A stretch of DNA of 57,156 bases from a virus (IMGVR_UViG_3300036819_000112:1-57156), one strand, 5' to 3'. Positions 46,735 to 56,547 are shown, counted from the stretch's first letter. The notes: a model not told the origin generated them from the letters alone. Numbers and translations are program-made.

Positions 46735-46982
46735 ATGGCCTCCGGAGGGTCGTCGCTGGTGATGGCGACCGCGCGGCGCTTCATCCGCATCAGCGCGGTA
46801 TCCTCCGGCGCGTCCTTGCCGAAGTGCCGGAGCACGGCGATCGCGTGGTCCCAGCCATCAACGAAGCCTTGGTTGTAGGTCGTGACGTGGGATTCACGCA
46901 TGGCACCCGGCGTCCCATCATTTCGTGCGTCCGGGCAAATTGCCTTCCGATCGGCGGCTTGCATGTGCGAGATGTCGGTCAT
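46731..46982 (-). CDS. Hypothetical protein
   Basis: YNQGFVDGW; coupled. Confidence 0.55.
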   Translation of the reverse strand: MTDISHMQAADRKAICPDARNDGTPGAMRESHVTTYNQGFVDGWDHAIAVLRHFGKDAPEDTALMRMKRRAVAITSDDPPEAI

Positions 46983-47281
46983 TCCAACGCCCTCCGCTGT
47001 TGGTTGCTCTCCGTCCACAGCCTGGCCGCAATCGCCGAGAGATCGAGGCCGTGCTTCACCTCGAAAGTCCGCCATCCTTGCTGGTGGCCTTCCGTATGGT
47101 GGTCAACACAGAGTCCTACGGCGTTCCTGTCCGCCGGCTTCAGCCCGACGCCGGCGCCCTTGCGGACGTGGTGGGCCTCGATGATGTCGCTCCTGCACCC
47201 CGGTACAGAGCACGGCAGGGTGCGTATCCAGGCGAGGTGGCGGGGAGAGCGCAGGCGCTCGGTCTTCGGGAGGAGCATCAT
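46979..47281 (-). CDS. DUF968-like HNH-type protein
   Basis: RSPRHLAWIRTLPCSVPGC...EAHH...KPAD..AVGLC..HH. Confidence 0.8.
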   Translation of the reverse strand: MMLLPKTERLRSPRHLAWIRTLPCSVPGCRSDIIEAHHVRKGAGVGLKPADRNAVGLCVDHHTEGHQQGWRTFEVKHGLDLSAIAARLWTESNQQRRALE

Positions 47282-47285
47282 GGCG

Positions 47286-47540
47286 TCACTCGTTGCAGGC
47301 TATGTCGCGCGGGCAGTAGCCCTTTCCGGCGCAGACCGATGGCGTTTGGCAGAACGGATAAGGCGCCATGGCGGCGGGTTGATGCACGCAACAAAGGTCG
47401 GTCCCTCGCTGCGCTGCGGCGCGGCACTGGCGGGGCGCATCCTCACCTCTGGGTTGGTCAATGATGCGCTGGCATCGGCGGTTGAACGCGCCACGATAAT
47501 CAGGCCGATCGCAGAGGACAGCCAATGGGGTCGCCATCAC
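47286..47540 (-). CDS. Cys-rich hypothetical protein
   Basis: CQTPSVCAGKGYCPRDIACNE. Confidence 0.6.
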   Translation of the reverse strand: MMATPLAVLCDRPDYRGAFNRRCQRIIDQPRGEDAPRQCRAAAQRGTDLCCVHQPAAMAPYPFCQTPSVCAGKGYCPRDIACNE

Positions 47541-47818
47541 GCCGCCCCCTCGGGTGGGGCGAACACGAACGCCGGCCCCCCGATCGCGAGCGGGTCACGC
47601 GCCGGGACGGGCGTGCCATTCGCCGTCTCCCCCACCACCCGCGGCTTGCGGACCCGGGCCTTGCGGGTGAGCAGGGCGATCAGTTCGCGCACCTCGTTGC
47701 GGCAGGCAGTGGCGACCTCGGCGTTGCGGATGTGCTGCTGGACGTCCGCATCCAGTTGGCGCTCGCGCTCGCGGAGGGCCTCGATGGCGGGGTCTTGCGG
47801 GCTGCTGATGTCGGACAT
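47537..47818 (-). CDS. Coiled-coil hypothetical protein
   Basis: Helical N-half; coupled. Confidence 0.6.
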   Translation of the reverse strand: MSDISSPQDPAIEALRERERQLDADVQQHIRNAEVATACRNEVRELIALLTRKARVRKPRVVGETANGTPVPARDPLAIGGPAFVFAPPEGAA

Positions 47819-47848
47819 GGCTAGGGTTCCTGCTGAAATTCGTGGGGG

Positions 47849-48496
47849 TTACGCGGCTTCTCGGACGATCTGCTCGAAGAAGCCGGAGGCGCGGGCCTTG
47901 GCCAGCATCTCGTCGCGGATGGCGAGGAATTCGATGAGCGCCGCGCTCATCTTGCGGATGAACGGCTCGTCGCGCTCTATCCGGAACAAAGCGGGTGGAA
48001 GTAAAGGATGGAACGAGTAGAAGTCCACGAATGCGAGTTCTGCCACAGCCATCTGGCCCTGAAACTGGCACTTGTAGTCGAGGCCGGGGCCATCAATCAG
48101 ATACGAAAGATGCGTCTGCGGGGCGGGACATTTGATCTCGACGGCGCCGCGGTGGCCAATGATGAGGCGGTCCGGACTGCACCCGATCCGGCCGTCATCC
48201 GTGGTCACGAATCCTACGGTCTCAATCTCGGTGTCGGTCGTGAACGCGTACTGCTGCGCCGCCATCGGCTCGTGCAGCTTGCCCCAGGCGATCCAGTAGG
48301 GGTCGGAGCGCTCCGGCTCCAGCGGCGCCCGCAGGAGGGTCTCCGCCACGAGATACTGCGCGTAGGCACGCGATGACTTCGACAACTCGCCCTTCGCTGG
48401 CGTCACGATTTTGTCGAAGCAGGAGGCCGTGGGAATGCCCAGCCGAACAGCCCACCACTCTGGTGTGCCCTGTTCGATGTCACGGAAGATAATCAT
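47849..48496 (-). CDS. YqaJ/lambda-exonuclease family
   Basis: [39 protein letters not shown]. Confidence 0.93.
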   Translation of the reverse strand: MIIFRDIEQGTPEWWAVRLGIPTASCFDKIVTPAKGELSKSSRAYAQYLVAETLLRAPLEPERSDPYWIAWGKLHEPMAAQQYAFTTDTEIETVGFVTTDDGRIGCSPDRLIIGHRGAVEIKCPAPQTHLSYLIDGPGLDYKCQFQGQMAVAELAFVDFYSFHPLLPPALFRIERDEPFIRKMSAALIEFLAIRDEMLAKARASGFFEQIVREAA

Positions 48497-49116
48497 TTCA
48501 TACTCCAATAGGTCTGTTCCAAGTACTTACGTGCCTCTACAGCGTCCTCGAAGTGTTCAAAGGAAAACACGGCTCGCCAAACACCTTTGATCTCACTCCA
48601 ATGGACGCCTCTAACTTTGACACCGTCTTTTCGAACGCGCCTGTTGCGCGCCTGCGTTTGAGATGTCGCCCACCGACAATTCGAAGGCTCGTAATTGCCG
48701 TCGTTATCGATCCGATCGAGGGACATGTTGGACGGCCTGGGGCCCATATCGGCCGTAAAGGTGGCAAAGTCTTGCCAGCGGTCACACACTTTGATGCCCC
48801 GGCCTCCATAGTCCGCGTAGCTCTTTGCCTTGGGGTTTCTGCATCTAGCCAGCATCGTGCGATACGTGTTGTATTCAGACGTGTTGGTCTGACCGTGGGT
48901 GGTGCTCTTTTCGATAGCCAAACAGCCGCAAGAGGCAGACCCTTTTCGTCCGGGTCGAGGCAGCGACATTGCAAGGACCACTCTCTCGGTGCCACAATCG
49001 CACCGACATAGCCAAGCCCTCCGCATTCTCTTCGTGCCGCTGGGAACGCGACGTTCTTCAAGAACCAGCCAGCGTCCGCGCTTTTCGCCGACTAGATTGA
49101 GCGGCTCGCTACCCAT
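48493..49116 (-). CDS. HNH homing endonuclease
   Basis: [44 protein letters not shown]. Confidence 0.9.
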   Translation of the reverse strand: MGSEPLNLVGEKRGRWLVLEERRVPSGTKRMRRAWLCRCDCGTERVVLAMSLPRPGRKGSASCGCLAIEKSTTHGQTNTSEYNTYRTMLARCRNPKAKSYADYGGRGIKVCDRWQDFATFTADMGPRPSNMSLDRIDNDGNYEPSNCRWATSQTQARNRRVRKDGVKVRGVHWSEIKGVWRAVFSFEHFEDAVEARKYLEQTYWSMK

Positions 49117-49952
49117 TACGCTGCTTCTCCAGCTTTGGCATTGGCGTTCTGTGCTGCGCGCTGAGCCATGATGCCTCGCTTCGTCAGCAGCGCGTTCTTC
49201 AGCCGGGCGAAGTCACCGACGCGGGCATCCGCCATGGAGCGGAGATCGCCGAGCCCCATCTTCGTCAGGAACGCCCGCTCGTTCGCCGCTACTGCTTTCG
49301 GATCAGCCGAGCATGCTGCCAGCAGGGCATACAGTTCATCGACCTGGCGGCGGCTGTTGACCTCCCCGTCGTCGCGCTGGCGGCGGTTGCCGTCGTTGTC
49401 CTCGTTCGCGAGGGCGATGTTGAAGATCATGCAGGTGAGGTAGCGGCGCAGGTAAGAGACCGTTGAGCCCAACCCGTGCAGCGGCGTCTTGTTCGCCTTG
49501 CCCTGCGGTCCTGCTGTGTCCGGCGCGGCCTCAAGCTGATACCGCTTGCTGTGTCCCGCGCTGTGCGACACCTCGCAGACGATCCGCTCGTTCGGCCCCT
49601 CGATCGCCTCGGAATTGAACTCCAGGCAGAAGCCGTAGCGGGTGTAAATCGGCCGGATCGCCGCGTCGATCGTCTCCAGGCGGGCATACTTGCTGTTGGT
49701 CTGGTCGTTCTTCGCATCCCGCACGACCGGCTGCATCTCGCCCTGGGCCTTGGACATCGCGCGGTTGAACTGCAGCTTGGCGTCGTCGGCGACGATCTCC
49801 CTTTGCATGCTCAGCAGCATCTGCAGCTTGTCGACGTTGATGTCGGGGTCCTTCATCGCCGCGGCGACGAAGTTCAGCAGCGAGCCGGGAAGCGATTCTG
49901 CGAGCGGTGCAACGTTGGTGTTGGCCGCCTCGGTCTTCGTGATCGCGTTCAT
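49116..49952 (-). CDS. ERF-family single-strand annealing protein
   Basis: [29 protein letters not shown]...FNI...EDNDG. Confidence 0.9.
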   Translation of the reverse strand: MNAITKTEAANTNVAPLAESLPGSLLNFVAAAMKDPDINVDKLQMLLSMQREIVADDAKLQFNRAMSKAQGEMQPVVRDAKNDQTNSKYARLETIDAAIRPIYTRYGFCLEFNSEAIEGPNERIVCEVSHSAGHSKRYQLEAAPDTAGPQGKANKTPLHGLGSTVSYLRRYLTCMIFNIALANEDNDGNRRQRDDGEVNSRRQVDELYALLAACSADPKAVAANERAFLTKMGLGDLRSMADARVGDFARLKNALLTKRGIMAQRAAQNANAKAGEAA

Positions 49953-50302
49953 GCCTCCAGCCCCCGCCAGCCGTTGTCGTTGGCGTGGTCTCGCTCGTCA
50001 TCGAAGCCGTCGGCGCCGTCGTCCCTCGCGGCCTCGCGGGCCCTTTCGAGATTGGCCAGGAACCAGCCCCGCAGCGTGGCCAACTCCGCCTCCGTCAGCT
50101 TCCCCGGCACCGGACAGAAGCGGGTCTCCAGTTCGGCGTCCTCGAAGGTGACCTCGTATTCCGGACCTTCGCCGGGCTGCGTGTAGGTCGCCGGGTAGCC
50201 GGGGCTGATGCATTCGGCGGTGAAGGAAACGGTTGCGTCGCATTCGACCGGATCGCCGTCGGCGTCGATGCGGGTGATCGTGGTGTAGAGTTCCAGGGCC
50301 AT
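49949..50302 (-). CDS. Acidic hypothetical protein
   Basis: PGYPATYTQPGEGPEYE; coupled. Confidence 0.65.
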   Translation of the reverse strand: MALELYTTITRIDADGDPVECDATVSFTAECISPGYPATYTQPGEGPEYEVTFEDAELETRFCPVPGKLTEAELATLRGWFLANLERAREAARDDGADGFDDERDHANDNGWRGLEA

Positions 50303-50469
50303 CACACCGCCTCCTTCGAATCGGCGGGACCGCGGTTCGCGGCGATTTGTCGGGCCTCGGTAACGAGCATCGCGCGCATCTCTTCGCTCGTCATGGCGCG
50401 GTATTTCACCGCCAGGACCTCATTCTGGGCGGCGATGCTGGCAAACAGCATGGCGGCGAGATCAGCCAT
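50302..50469 (-). CDS. Hypothetical protein
   Basis: TGATG coupling. Confidence 0.55.
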   Translation of the reverse strand: MADLAAMLFASIAAQNEVLAVKYRAMTSEEMRAMLVTEARQIAANRGPADSKEAV

Positions 50470-50948
50470 CACACCGCCTCCCGCAGGGCGGCGCGCTCGA
50501 TCAGGTCGATCTCTTTGCCGAGGATGGCGAGCGCGCGGGTCAGCGCAACGCGGATGTGGGCAAAGTGGGTCTCGATGTCGTCCAGCATCGCTTCGGCGGC
50601 ATCTACCGGCAGGGTGCCTTTGATGCCGCACTTTGCAGCGGCAACCGCGGCCAGCGTGCGCTCCAGCTTGGCGTGGGATTGGTAAAGCGCGTTGTCGTTG
50701 GCCGCGCGGCGGGACAGGGCGTGCGCCACCAGGCCGTTGGCGACGTCGGCTGAGAGTTCCCAGGGAACAGCGGCGCCGGTAATCGCACCATGCTCGCGCT
50801 CCCAGTCCTCTGCCGCGAGCTCGGCGCAGAGTTCCGCGGAGATGCGCATGTCGTGGGATGTGGCGCCGGTCGCTTCGCGCAGGAACGGGGTCGCCGTGAG
50901 AGCGCGGGCCACCAGGTCGGCGACGGTTGGGGGTGTGCGGGTGAGCAT
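50469..50948 (-). CDS. Hypothetical protein
   Basis: TGATG coupling; helical. Confidence 0.6.
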   Translation of the reverse strand: MLTRTPPTVADLVARALTATPFLREATGATSHDMRISAELCAELAAEDWEREHGAITGAAVPWELSADVANGLVAHALSRRAANDNALYQSHAKLERTLAAVAAAKCGIKGTLPVDAAEAMLDDIETHFAHIRVALTRALAILGKEIDLIERAALREAV

Positions 50949-51166
50949 CAGACCGCTCCCCGGGCGCGCGCCGTCACGACGGGCAATGTGGCGCCCTGGA
51001 TGATGACGCAACCCGCGCGGCGCACCAGGATCTGGCGAGCCTTGGCCTTGGGGATGTAGCCAGCGGCGGTGCGTTTCACCGGAGTGCCGAGCCAGCAATG
51101 CTCTAGGCCGGGCGCGGCAGTGACTACGCTGTAGTGGCAGCCGGCGGTGTCTCGAACGATGTTCAT
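50948..51166 (-). CDS. Hypothetical protein, first gene of the leftward early operon
   Basis: RBS GAGG; downstream of the operator-bearing promoter. Confidence 0.65.
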   Translation of the reverse strand: MNIVRDTAGCHYSVVTAAPGLEHCWLGTPVKRTAAGYIPKAKARQILVRRAGCVIIQGATLPVVTARARGAV

Positions 51167-51204
51167 CGGGGTCCTCGCATCCGGGTCAGGGTGGCTCGAT
51201 GGAG

Positions 51205-51249
51205 AGACTATCCAACATTCCGTTGGGTGTGTAAACAACATAATGTTGG
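51205..51249 (-). promoter_or_regulatory. Leftward early promoter with two repressor operators
   Basis: CCAAC-attcc-GTTGG (51212-51226) and ACAAC-ataat-GTTGG (51235-51249); minus-strand TTTACA-17-GATAGT. Confidence 0.7.
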
Positions 51250-51324
51250 TCTGCCGGCTTTTTTTATCGGCAGACATTTCATTCTGTCTGCTACGATATC
51301 GTGATGAAATAGGGGATCCCAGCG

Positions 51325-51753
51325 ATGCGCGAGATTTGGCTTGCAGCGGCGGCGATGATGATAGCCCTGGCGGGGTGCGCGCGAGTGGCTGACATGGTGC
51401 CCTTAAATGACGCGGCCACCGCTGTCGGCATTCCGAAACTCGATGTTGCGCTCTACGGCACAGGCTATGGCCCTGCAACCGTAACGATGCCAGATGGTGA
51501 GGTACTCAACGGTCATTATCACCTGGCTGTCGGCGGTGCCGTTGGCACCAGCTTCGGGGTCGCCAGCGGGCGAAGGGGAACCGTGATCGTCAGTGATTCC
51601 TCAACCGTTATCCCAATGCAGAATCCATTCATGCTTCAGGCAGCCGGCCAGCGGGGTACTACGATGACCTGCGAGGGATCGGCTGGCGGCATGGGCCACG
51701 GCGGCGCTCTCTGCACGACGAATCATGGGGCGGAATATCAGATGATGTTCTGA
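51325..51753 (+). CDS. Lipoprotein moron (superinfection-exclusion candidate)
   Basis: Lipobox LAGC; C-terminal CEG...GHGGALC...Y..MF. Confidence 0.75.
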   Translation: MREIWLAAAAMMIALAGCARVADMVPLNDAATAVGIPKLDVALYGTGYGPATVTMPDGEVLNGHYHLAVGGAVGTSFGVASGRRGTVIVSDSSTVIPMQNPFMLQAAGQRGTTMTCEGSAGGMGHGGALCTTNHGAEYQMMF

Positions 51754-51756
51754 CGG

Positions 51757-52148
51757 TCGGACGGCCGCTTCGTGCAGTGCCGGTAGGGCTTGTGCTATGA
51801 TGGCGCCGTAGACGGAGGGCGTTGATGGCTGATGCAAGCTTGGAACTGTTGCAGACGATGGTTGAGCGACATCCTGAACGGCCAGCGTCGTATAGAGACG
51901 ACGCTCGACCGGATCGCCGACGATTTGGCGGACCTCAAGCTGCGTACCACGAATACCGAGGAAGCATTGGCGGGCGTTAATCGCCGAATTGACCGGATGG
52001 ATGGCCGCCTCGATCGGATTGAGCGACGGCTTGACCTGGTGGACACTACGCCATGAGCCGCAGCCTTTCGGATGGCCGCTTCGTGCAATGCCGGGTGGGG
52101 GTCCGTTCTCTCGGCGTGGCGGGGCTGCTATGATGCAGGCCTTAGACG
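51757..52148 (+). repeat. Duplicated intergenic/promoter element flanking a moron
   Basis: TCGGAYGGCCGCTTCGTGCARTGCCGG at 51757 and 52068, each followed by TGCTATGATG...TAGACG. Confidence 0.8.
51825..52056 (+). pseudogene. Coiled-coil protein with apparent +1 frameshift
   Basis: MADASLELLQTMVER (RBS GGAGG) continues as ILNGQRRIETTLDR... after one extra base near 51869. Confidence 0.65.
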
Positions 52149-52198
52149 CTACGGCCTGGGGAATGGCTCCGGGCCGGACTATCAGGGGCATGGCCCGG

Positions 52199-52627
52199 AT
52201 GAGCGACCTTTACGACGATGACATTGTGCTTTGGAGCGAGCGCCAAGCGGAACTGCTGCGCCAGCACGCGGCCGGCGCACGGGAGAACGACGCGATCGAC
52301 TGGCCGAACATCATTGAGGAAATCGAGAGCGTGGGGAACGAGCAGCTTCACGCGGTAACGTCGCTGCTGCGCCAGGCGCTGATCCACATGCTGAAAGCCG
52401 AGGCGTGGCCGCTGTCGCGCGACGCCCCAAGCTGGCGAGCCGATGCCGTCGACTTCCGCACCCAGGCAGCGGATCGCTACGTCCCATCCATGCGGCAAAA
52501 ACTCAACCTTGCCCGCATCTATCGCCAGGCTCTGCGCGCGGTTCCCGAAACGATGGACGGTCAGCCGCCGCTACCGTTGCCCGATGCGTGCCCGGTGATG
52601 CTGGATGATCTGCTGGCCGACGACTAG
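52199..52627 (+). CDS. DUF29 family protein
   Basis: LYDDDIVLWSERQAELLR...DWPNIIEEIESVG...HMLK...LPDACP. Confidence 0.9.
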   Translation: MSDLYDDDIVLWSERQAELLRQHAAGARENDAIDWPNIIEEIESVGNEQLHAVTSLLRQALIHMLKAEAWPLSRDAPSWRADAVDFRTQAADRYVPSMRQKLNLARIYRQALRAVPETMDGQPPLPLPDACPVMLDDLLADD

Positions 52628-52665
52628 AGCCGGGATATACGGGGCGTCTCCTGCGGTGATGACTG

Positions 52666-53313
52666 CTATTGTGGCTGGATGCCCGCAATCGTGCTCTCGC
52701 GAAGTCCGACAAAGACCGTGGCCTCGCCCTCTACTAATGTAGAGCCTATGCTGAAGCTGCCCTCCGGTATCGCGTAGGTCCACACCGACATCCCCGCAAT
52801 GGTAAAGATGCCGCGCACCTCGTCATTCAAGGCTGGGTCCAAGGGAACTGACACCCCGAACGGGATGGTAAAGCTAATTGGGATCGCTTCTGCCGTTATT
52901 ATCCAGCCAGCTGCGTGGAAAACCTCTGCAAGTTGTTCTCCGAACCAAACACTTTCTGGATCACCAAATACCCACGCGAGATGAACCTTCCTTTGCGAAC
53001 TTGCCCGCAGGCCGTCGATCAGTCTTGCCTTTAAGGCGGGCTCCAGTGTCCGCCACTTTAGGGTGGCCTTCAGGCGCTCGGTTTCGAATCTGGCAGAAGC
53101 GGCTTGGCCGTTGGCTTGCGCTATTTGAACGGCAGCTTCCGCCTTATACTTTTCCAGCGCTGAATCGCTCTCATTTTGCGCAGCCACCGATACGCGCCAA
53201 AGTGTGGCGGTGAGGGCAAAGGTAAGAAGCAGGGAAAGCAAATAGGCGACGTTCGTATAGGTCAGCAAGTCTCGAATGGATAACCCTAACATGGTGCCCC
53301 TGTGGATTTTCAT
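52666..53313 (-). CDS. Membrane-anchored moron protein
   Basis: N-terminal TM, coiled coil, WRTL...DPES..F...L...GW; lower GC. Confidence 0.7.
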   Translation of the reverse strand: MKIHRGTMLGLSIRDLLTYTNVAYLLSLLLTFALTATLWRVSVAAQNESDSALEKYKAEAAVQIAQANGQAASARFETERLKATLKWRTLEPALKARLIDGLRASSQRKVHLAWVFGDPESVWFGEQLAEVFHAAGWIITAEAIPISFTIPFGVSVPLDPALNDEVRGIFTIAGMSVWTYAIPEGSFSIGSTLVEGEATVFVGLRESTIAGIQPQ

Positions 53314-53637
53314 CGCGTTTCTGATGGGGTTGGTCGGGGTTGGAGTTTGGATTGTTGCCGCTGCGGTCCGTGATGTGCGGAAGCGGCGGAGGTAATCACC
53401 ACCCCTCCACCTCCGCGACAGGGTGCAATGATCCTGCTACACTGGTGGGCCAAATACGGGAGAAGCCGGCATGATCGCAGAGCGGGAGCGAGCACTTACT
53501 TTGGCGCACGAAGCGGAGGCAAAGGGCGGTTTGACGCCGCCCAGCATAGTCGTAGAGCGAGCGACGGTTTATCTGAACTTTCCCCTCGGCGAGTCGAACG
53601 CTGGCGCTAGCGCCGTTCCCCAAGGGTTTGAAGCTGA

Positions 53638-53865
53638 TCATGAAAGCGGTTGATCCCTGGGCCAGTCCGCTAAGAATAATCTCAGCTGAGCTTCAAGGCG
53701 TTCAGCGCCTGCTCGATTCAATCCGACCGTCAGCACCCCATCGCCCGTCTCGATGGACACGCATGCAACTTTGGGCGCTTCGCTCAGGAGTTCGAATTGC
53801 CATCGCGCGCCTAGATGCGCTGCATCGCAGCGGATATATCCCGGAATGGGCGGTTGATCGGCCAT
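53638..53865 (-). CDS. Hypothetical protein
   Basis: RBS GAGGAGG; globular. Confidence 0.55.
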   Translation of the reverse strand: MADQPPIPGYIRCDAAHLGARWQFELLSEAPKVACVSIETGDGVLTVGLNRAGAERLEAQLRLFLADWPRDQPLS

Positions 53866-53974
53866 CGGTTTCCTCCTCATGGACCGCGGAAGAAATCGCC
53901 GCTGTTGAGACAGCGGTGCGCAGGCCGGTGATGATGAACAGCCGGCCTGCGCTGTAGTCTCCATGGCGATCGGC

Positions 53975-54421
53975 TCACCGCCGCTCTCCCTCCACGACGA
54001 GTCGAGGTCCTCGAACGGCGACCTTCGGAGGACACGCCGGGCTAACTCGTTTTTCTTTGACGTTGCCCCCTTCCAGAAAAGGGGGCGGGGGTGATCGTCC
54101 TTTGGGTTTGGTCGATGGGGGTTCCGTCGACTCCCGTTCCAGCCGCCGGCCTGCCGGAAGTTGGGCGATGAGATCGTCAAGCGAGTAGCCCGTGACGCGA
54201 CGCAAAGCCGCCAATATCCATAGCGGTGGCTCGCGCTTGGCATTCTCGTAGAGCCTATAACGCTCTTCCGGCCGTTCCCCGCTGATTCCTAGCATCTGGG
54301 CGAATTCTTTTTGGGTGATCTCTCCCTGGCCCGTCTCCCTGCCATACCGGAGTCGTGCCGATCGAAGGGCCGCGGCGAAAAGGCGCTGGGCTTCGTTCGC
54401 TGAGTGAGGGTCGTCATCCAC
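53975..54421 (-). CDS. cI-like XRE repressor without S24 peptidase domain
   Basis: LRSARL...TQKEFAQMLGIS...YRLYENAKREP...YSLDDL; divergent from cro; start uncertain. Confidence 0.8.
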   Translation of the reverse strand: MDDDPHSANEAQRLFAAALRSARLRYGRETGQGEITQKEFAQMLGISGERPEERYRLYENAKREPPLWILAALRRVTGYSLDDLIAQLPAGRRLERESTEPPSTKPKGRSPPPPFLEGGNVKEKRVSPACPPKVAVRGPRLVVEGERR

Positions 54422-54434
54422 GGGAGAAACCTGC

Positions 54435-54504
54435 CCAACAATGAGTCGGACAGCATCCGGCAAGATGTCCTTGACATATCCAACAGTTCGTTGGATGTTC
54501 GGGT
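54435..54504 (+). promoter_or_regulatory. Rightward lytic promoter with operators and LexA-like box
   Basis: TTGACA 54471; operators CCAAC-N5-GTCGG 54435 and CCAAC-N5-GTTGG 54480; GTTC-N7-GTTC 54486-54500. Confidence 0.75.
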
Positions 54505-54810
54505 ATGACCCTGGCATCCTACATGACCGAAAAAGGTCTGACCGACGGAGATCTCGCCGCATCGCTTGGTGTGAGCGGCGAACTCGTGCGGCTTTGGCGG
54601 CATGGGCACCGAGCAATTTCGGCCAAGCGCGCGATTACGATATCCGAGGTCACCGGTATTCCCCGCCATGAACTTCGGCCCGATCTGTGGGATGCCCCCG
54701 CCCTTTCCCCGTCCTCGCCAGCCAATGACACCCCAAAGCCCAAGGCCAAGCGCCCCACCCGAAGCGCCGGCGCCGCCGCCACCCCACCATCACCCGCCGA
54801 AGCCGCCTGA
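54505..54810 (+). CDS. Cro/YdaS-like regulator (probably leaderless)
   Basis: LAASLGVS..LVRLW...RAITISEVTGIPRHELRPDLW; ATG at the expected transcription start. Confidence 0.88.
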   Translation: MTLASYMTEKGLTDGDLAASLGVSGELVRLWRHGHRAISAKRAITISEVTGIPRHELRPDLWDAPALSPSSPANDTPKPKAKRPTRSAGAAATPPSPAEAA

Positions 54811-54946
54811 TGAACGAGCACGCGGAGACCCTCAGCGAGTCCCCGCGTTTCGTATCCACCCGCGTTCGCGCGCGGGGCCGTCTGGTCTCACCGATGCTCC
54901 ACTGCTCCGGCGTCCGTGCCCCGCACACTGGCACGGAATCGGAATC

Positions 54947-55402
54947 ATGGCTGCTACGCCGACGCATCGAGATTGCGCCGTGACCAGCGCAACATTGACA
55001 GCCGCGATCCGCGATTTCGGCACCGCGAAAGAAGTAGCCGAGGCCGGCGGCTGCTCCGAGGCAACCGCGGCGCGTTACCGGCGCGGGGAGACGATGCCGA
55101 ATCCGGTCATACTGGCGCGGCTGATGGGCCGTTCGCGTCAGATCGCCAATGCGATGCTCCGCCTGGCCGGCCTCGATGATCTGAGCATGGATCTGGAGGA
55201 AGCCCGGCTACGGCAGGAGCTGCGCCAACTGGAGGCACGCCGCGGGGGGTCGCTGGATGTGGAGACGACTGATGCGGCGCCTGGCGCTGTTGCGGGCACG
55301 ATGGTGGACCCGCCGGGCGGACCCAAAGCCGAAGCGGTGAACGAACGCGCCCTGGGTCGGGCCTGGGATGCGCTGCGCGACGCTGATCGGCGGCGGCCAT
55401 GA
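54947..55402 (+). CDS. HTH protein (CII-like position)
   Basis: AKEVAEAGGCSEATAARYRRGETMP. Confidence 0.7.
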   Translation: MAATPTHRDCAVTSATLTAAIRDFGTAKEVAEAGGCSEATAARYRRGETMPNPVILARLMGRSRQIANAMLRLAGLDDLSMDLEEARLRQELRQLEARRGGSLDVETTDAAPGAVAGTMVDPPGGPKAEAVNERALGRAWDALRDADRRRP

Positions 55403-55806
55403 GAGATCCCATTATCGTCGAGATGCAGGCAATCGTCCGCCTCGCGTCCCAGCCGTGGGAACCGGGCGATAGCGTCAGGGTAGCGATCACCCGAGCGGCG
55501 GACGTTTTGGGTCTCTCCTACCGGCGCGCCCGGAGCTTCTGGTACCAGGAGGTGGTATCCGTTCGCGCTGTCGAAGCGGATCGGATGCGCGCGGCGGAAC
55601 GGGTTTTGCTGGCCAAACGATATCGCGTGATTCAACACGAGCTGGCGGCGATAGAAGTGCGGCTGGACAGACTGAAGGCCATAGAGGAAGCGAAGGCTAG
55701 CCGGGTCGCCGTTTTGGCTCAGCGAGAAGCTGACGGTGGGGTGGCTGCTCCGGCTGGAGTGACGCAGTGGGATGGGGTGCGCAGCGAAGCGGGGGTGAGC
55801 CCATGA
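55399..55806 (+). CDS. Hypothetical HTH-like protein
   Basis: SVRVAITRAADVLGLSYRRARSFWY. Confidence 0.7.
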   Translation: MRDPIIVEMQAIVRLASQPWEPGDSVRVAITRAADVLGLSYRRARSFWYQEVVSVRAVEADRMRAAERVLLAKRYRVIQHELAAIEVRLDRLKAIEEAKASRVAVLAQREADGGVAAPAGVTQWDGVRSEAGVSP

Positions 55807-55928
55807 GCGCCGTCATGACCCTCGACTCCGAAACCCTCAGCTACCTCCGCCGGATGCGCGACCAGTCGAAGTCCCATGAAGCCGCGCTCATCCATCTCGG
55901 CATCCGATTTGACGGGGGGCGGCCATGA
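55803..55928 (+). CDS. 41-aa hypothetical protein
   Basis: ATGA coupling on both sides. Confidence 0.5.
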   Translation: MSAVMTLDSETLSYLRRMRDQSKSHEAALIHLGIRFDGGRP

Positions 55929-56353
55929 GCACGCGATCATGTCGGGCGCTGGAGCCGGTCGGACATTGGCAGCAGGGCCATTACTTCATCGCCACCCTGG
56001 GCCTAGCCGAGCCCCGCCGCGGCTGGCTATGGGCGGGTCTTGCGATATCGCTGCTTTATCGGGGATCACCGAAAGGTCGCCGACCTCCGACATGGAATCT
56101 CACCCACTGCGGCAGTGGGCATCGCGTCTGCTTGATCGAGGCGCCAGCGCGGGAAGCGTTTGCGATCGCCGACCAGCTTGCCGAACTCGGCGACTGGACT
56201 TTCGACGGTCTGTATGGGTGGCAGAACGCCAGCCCGGACCTCATGGATAAGGTGAAGGCGCTTAGGGCGTGCCTCCCCACCTACGTAGATTTCGGCGATG
56301 GCAATCGAGACGAAGATGCGGCGCGAGCGGTCGCCTATGCGAGGGCCGCGTGA
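55925..56353 (+). CDS. Hypothetical protein
   Basis: WNLTHCGSG motif; coupled. Confidence 0.65.
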   Translation: MSTRSCRALEPVGHWQQGHYFIATLGLAEPRRGWLWAGLAISLLYRGSPKGRRPPTWNLTHCGSGHRVCLIEAPAREAFAIADQLAELGDWTFDGLYGWQNASPDLMDKVKALRACLPTYVDFGDGNRDEDAARAVAYARAA

Positions 56354-56547
56354 CCGCCGCCCGCTACCCCAGCGAATTCGACTGCCGCGACTGTGGCGTG
56401 CGCGTCGTCTTGCCCGGTCTGCCCCCGGTCCCTGGCGAGCGCTGCTCGAACTGCCAGTGGATCGCGGCCATCCCCGATCCGCGTCACCGTCTCGCCCTGC
56501 GCGCTCAACTGATCGAGCATGCCGCCATCGGAGCGCCGCGGCCATGA
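56350..56547 (+). CDS. Small Zn-finger protein
   Basis: CRDC...CSNC. Confidence 0.6.
   Translation: MTAARYPSEFDCRDCGVRVVLPGLPPVPGERCSNCQWIAAIPDPRHRLALRAQLIEHAAIGAPRP

Noticed and set aside
48493-49116. Group I intron or intein carrying the HNH
   Set aside because: Flanking ERF and YqaJ genes are intact and coupled by TAATG/ATGA overlaps; free-standing endonuclease
51249-51275. GTCTGCCG...CGGCAGAC dyad as a novel element
   Set aside because: Most simply an ordinary terminator or regulator site between divergent promoters
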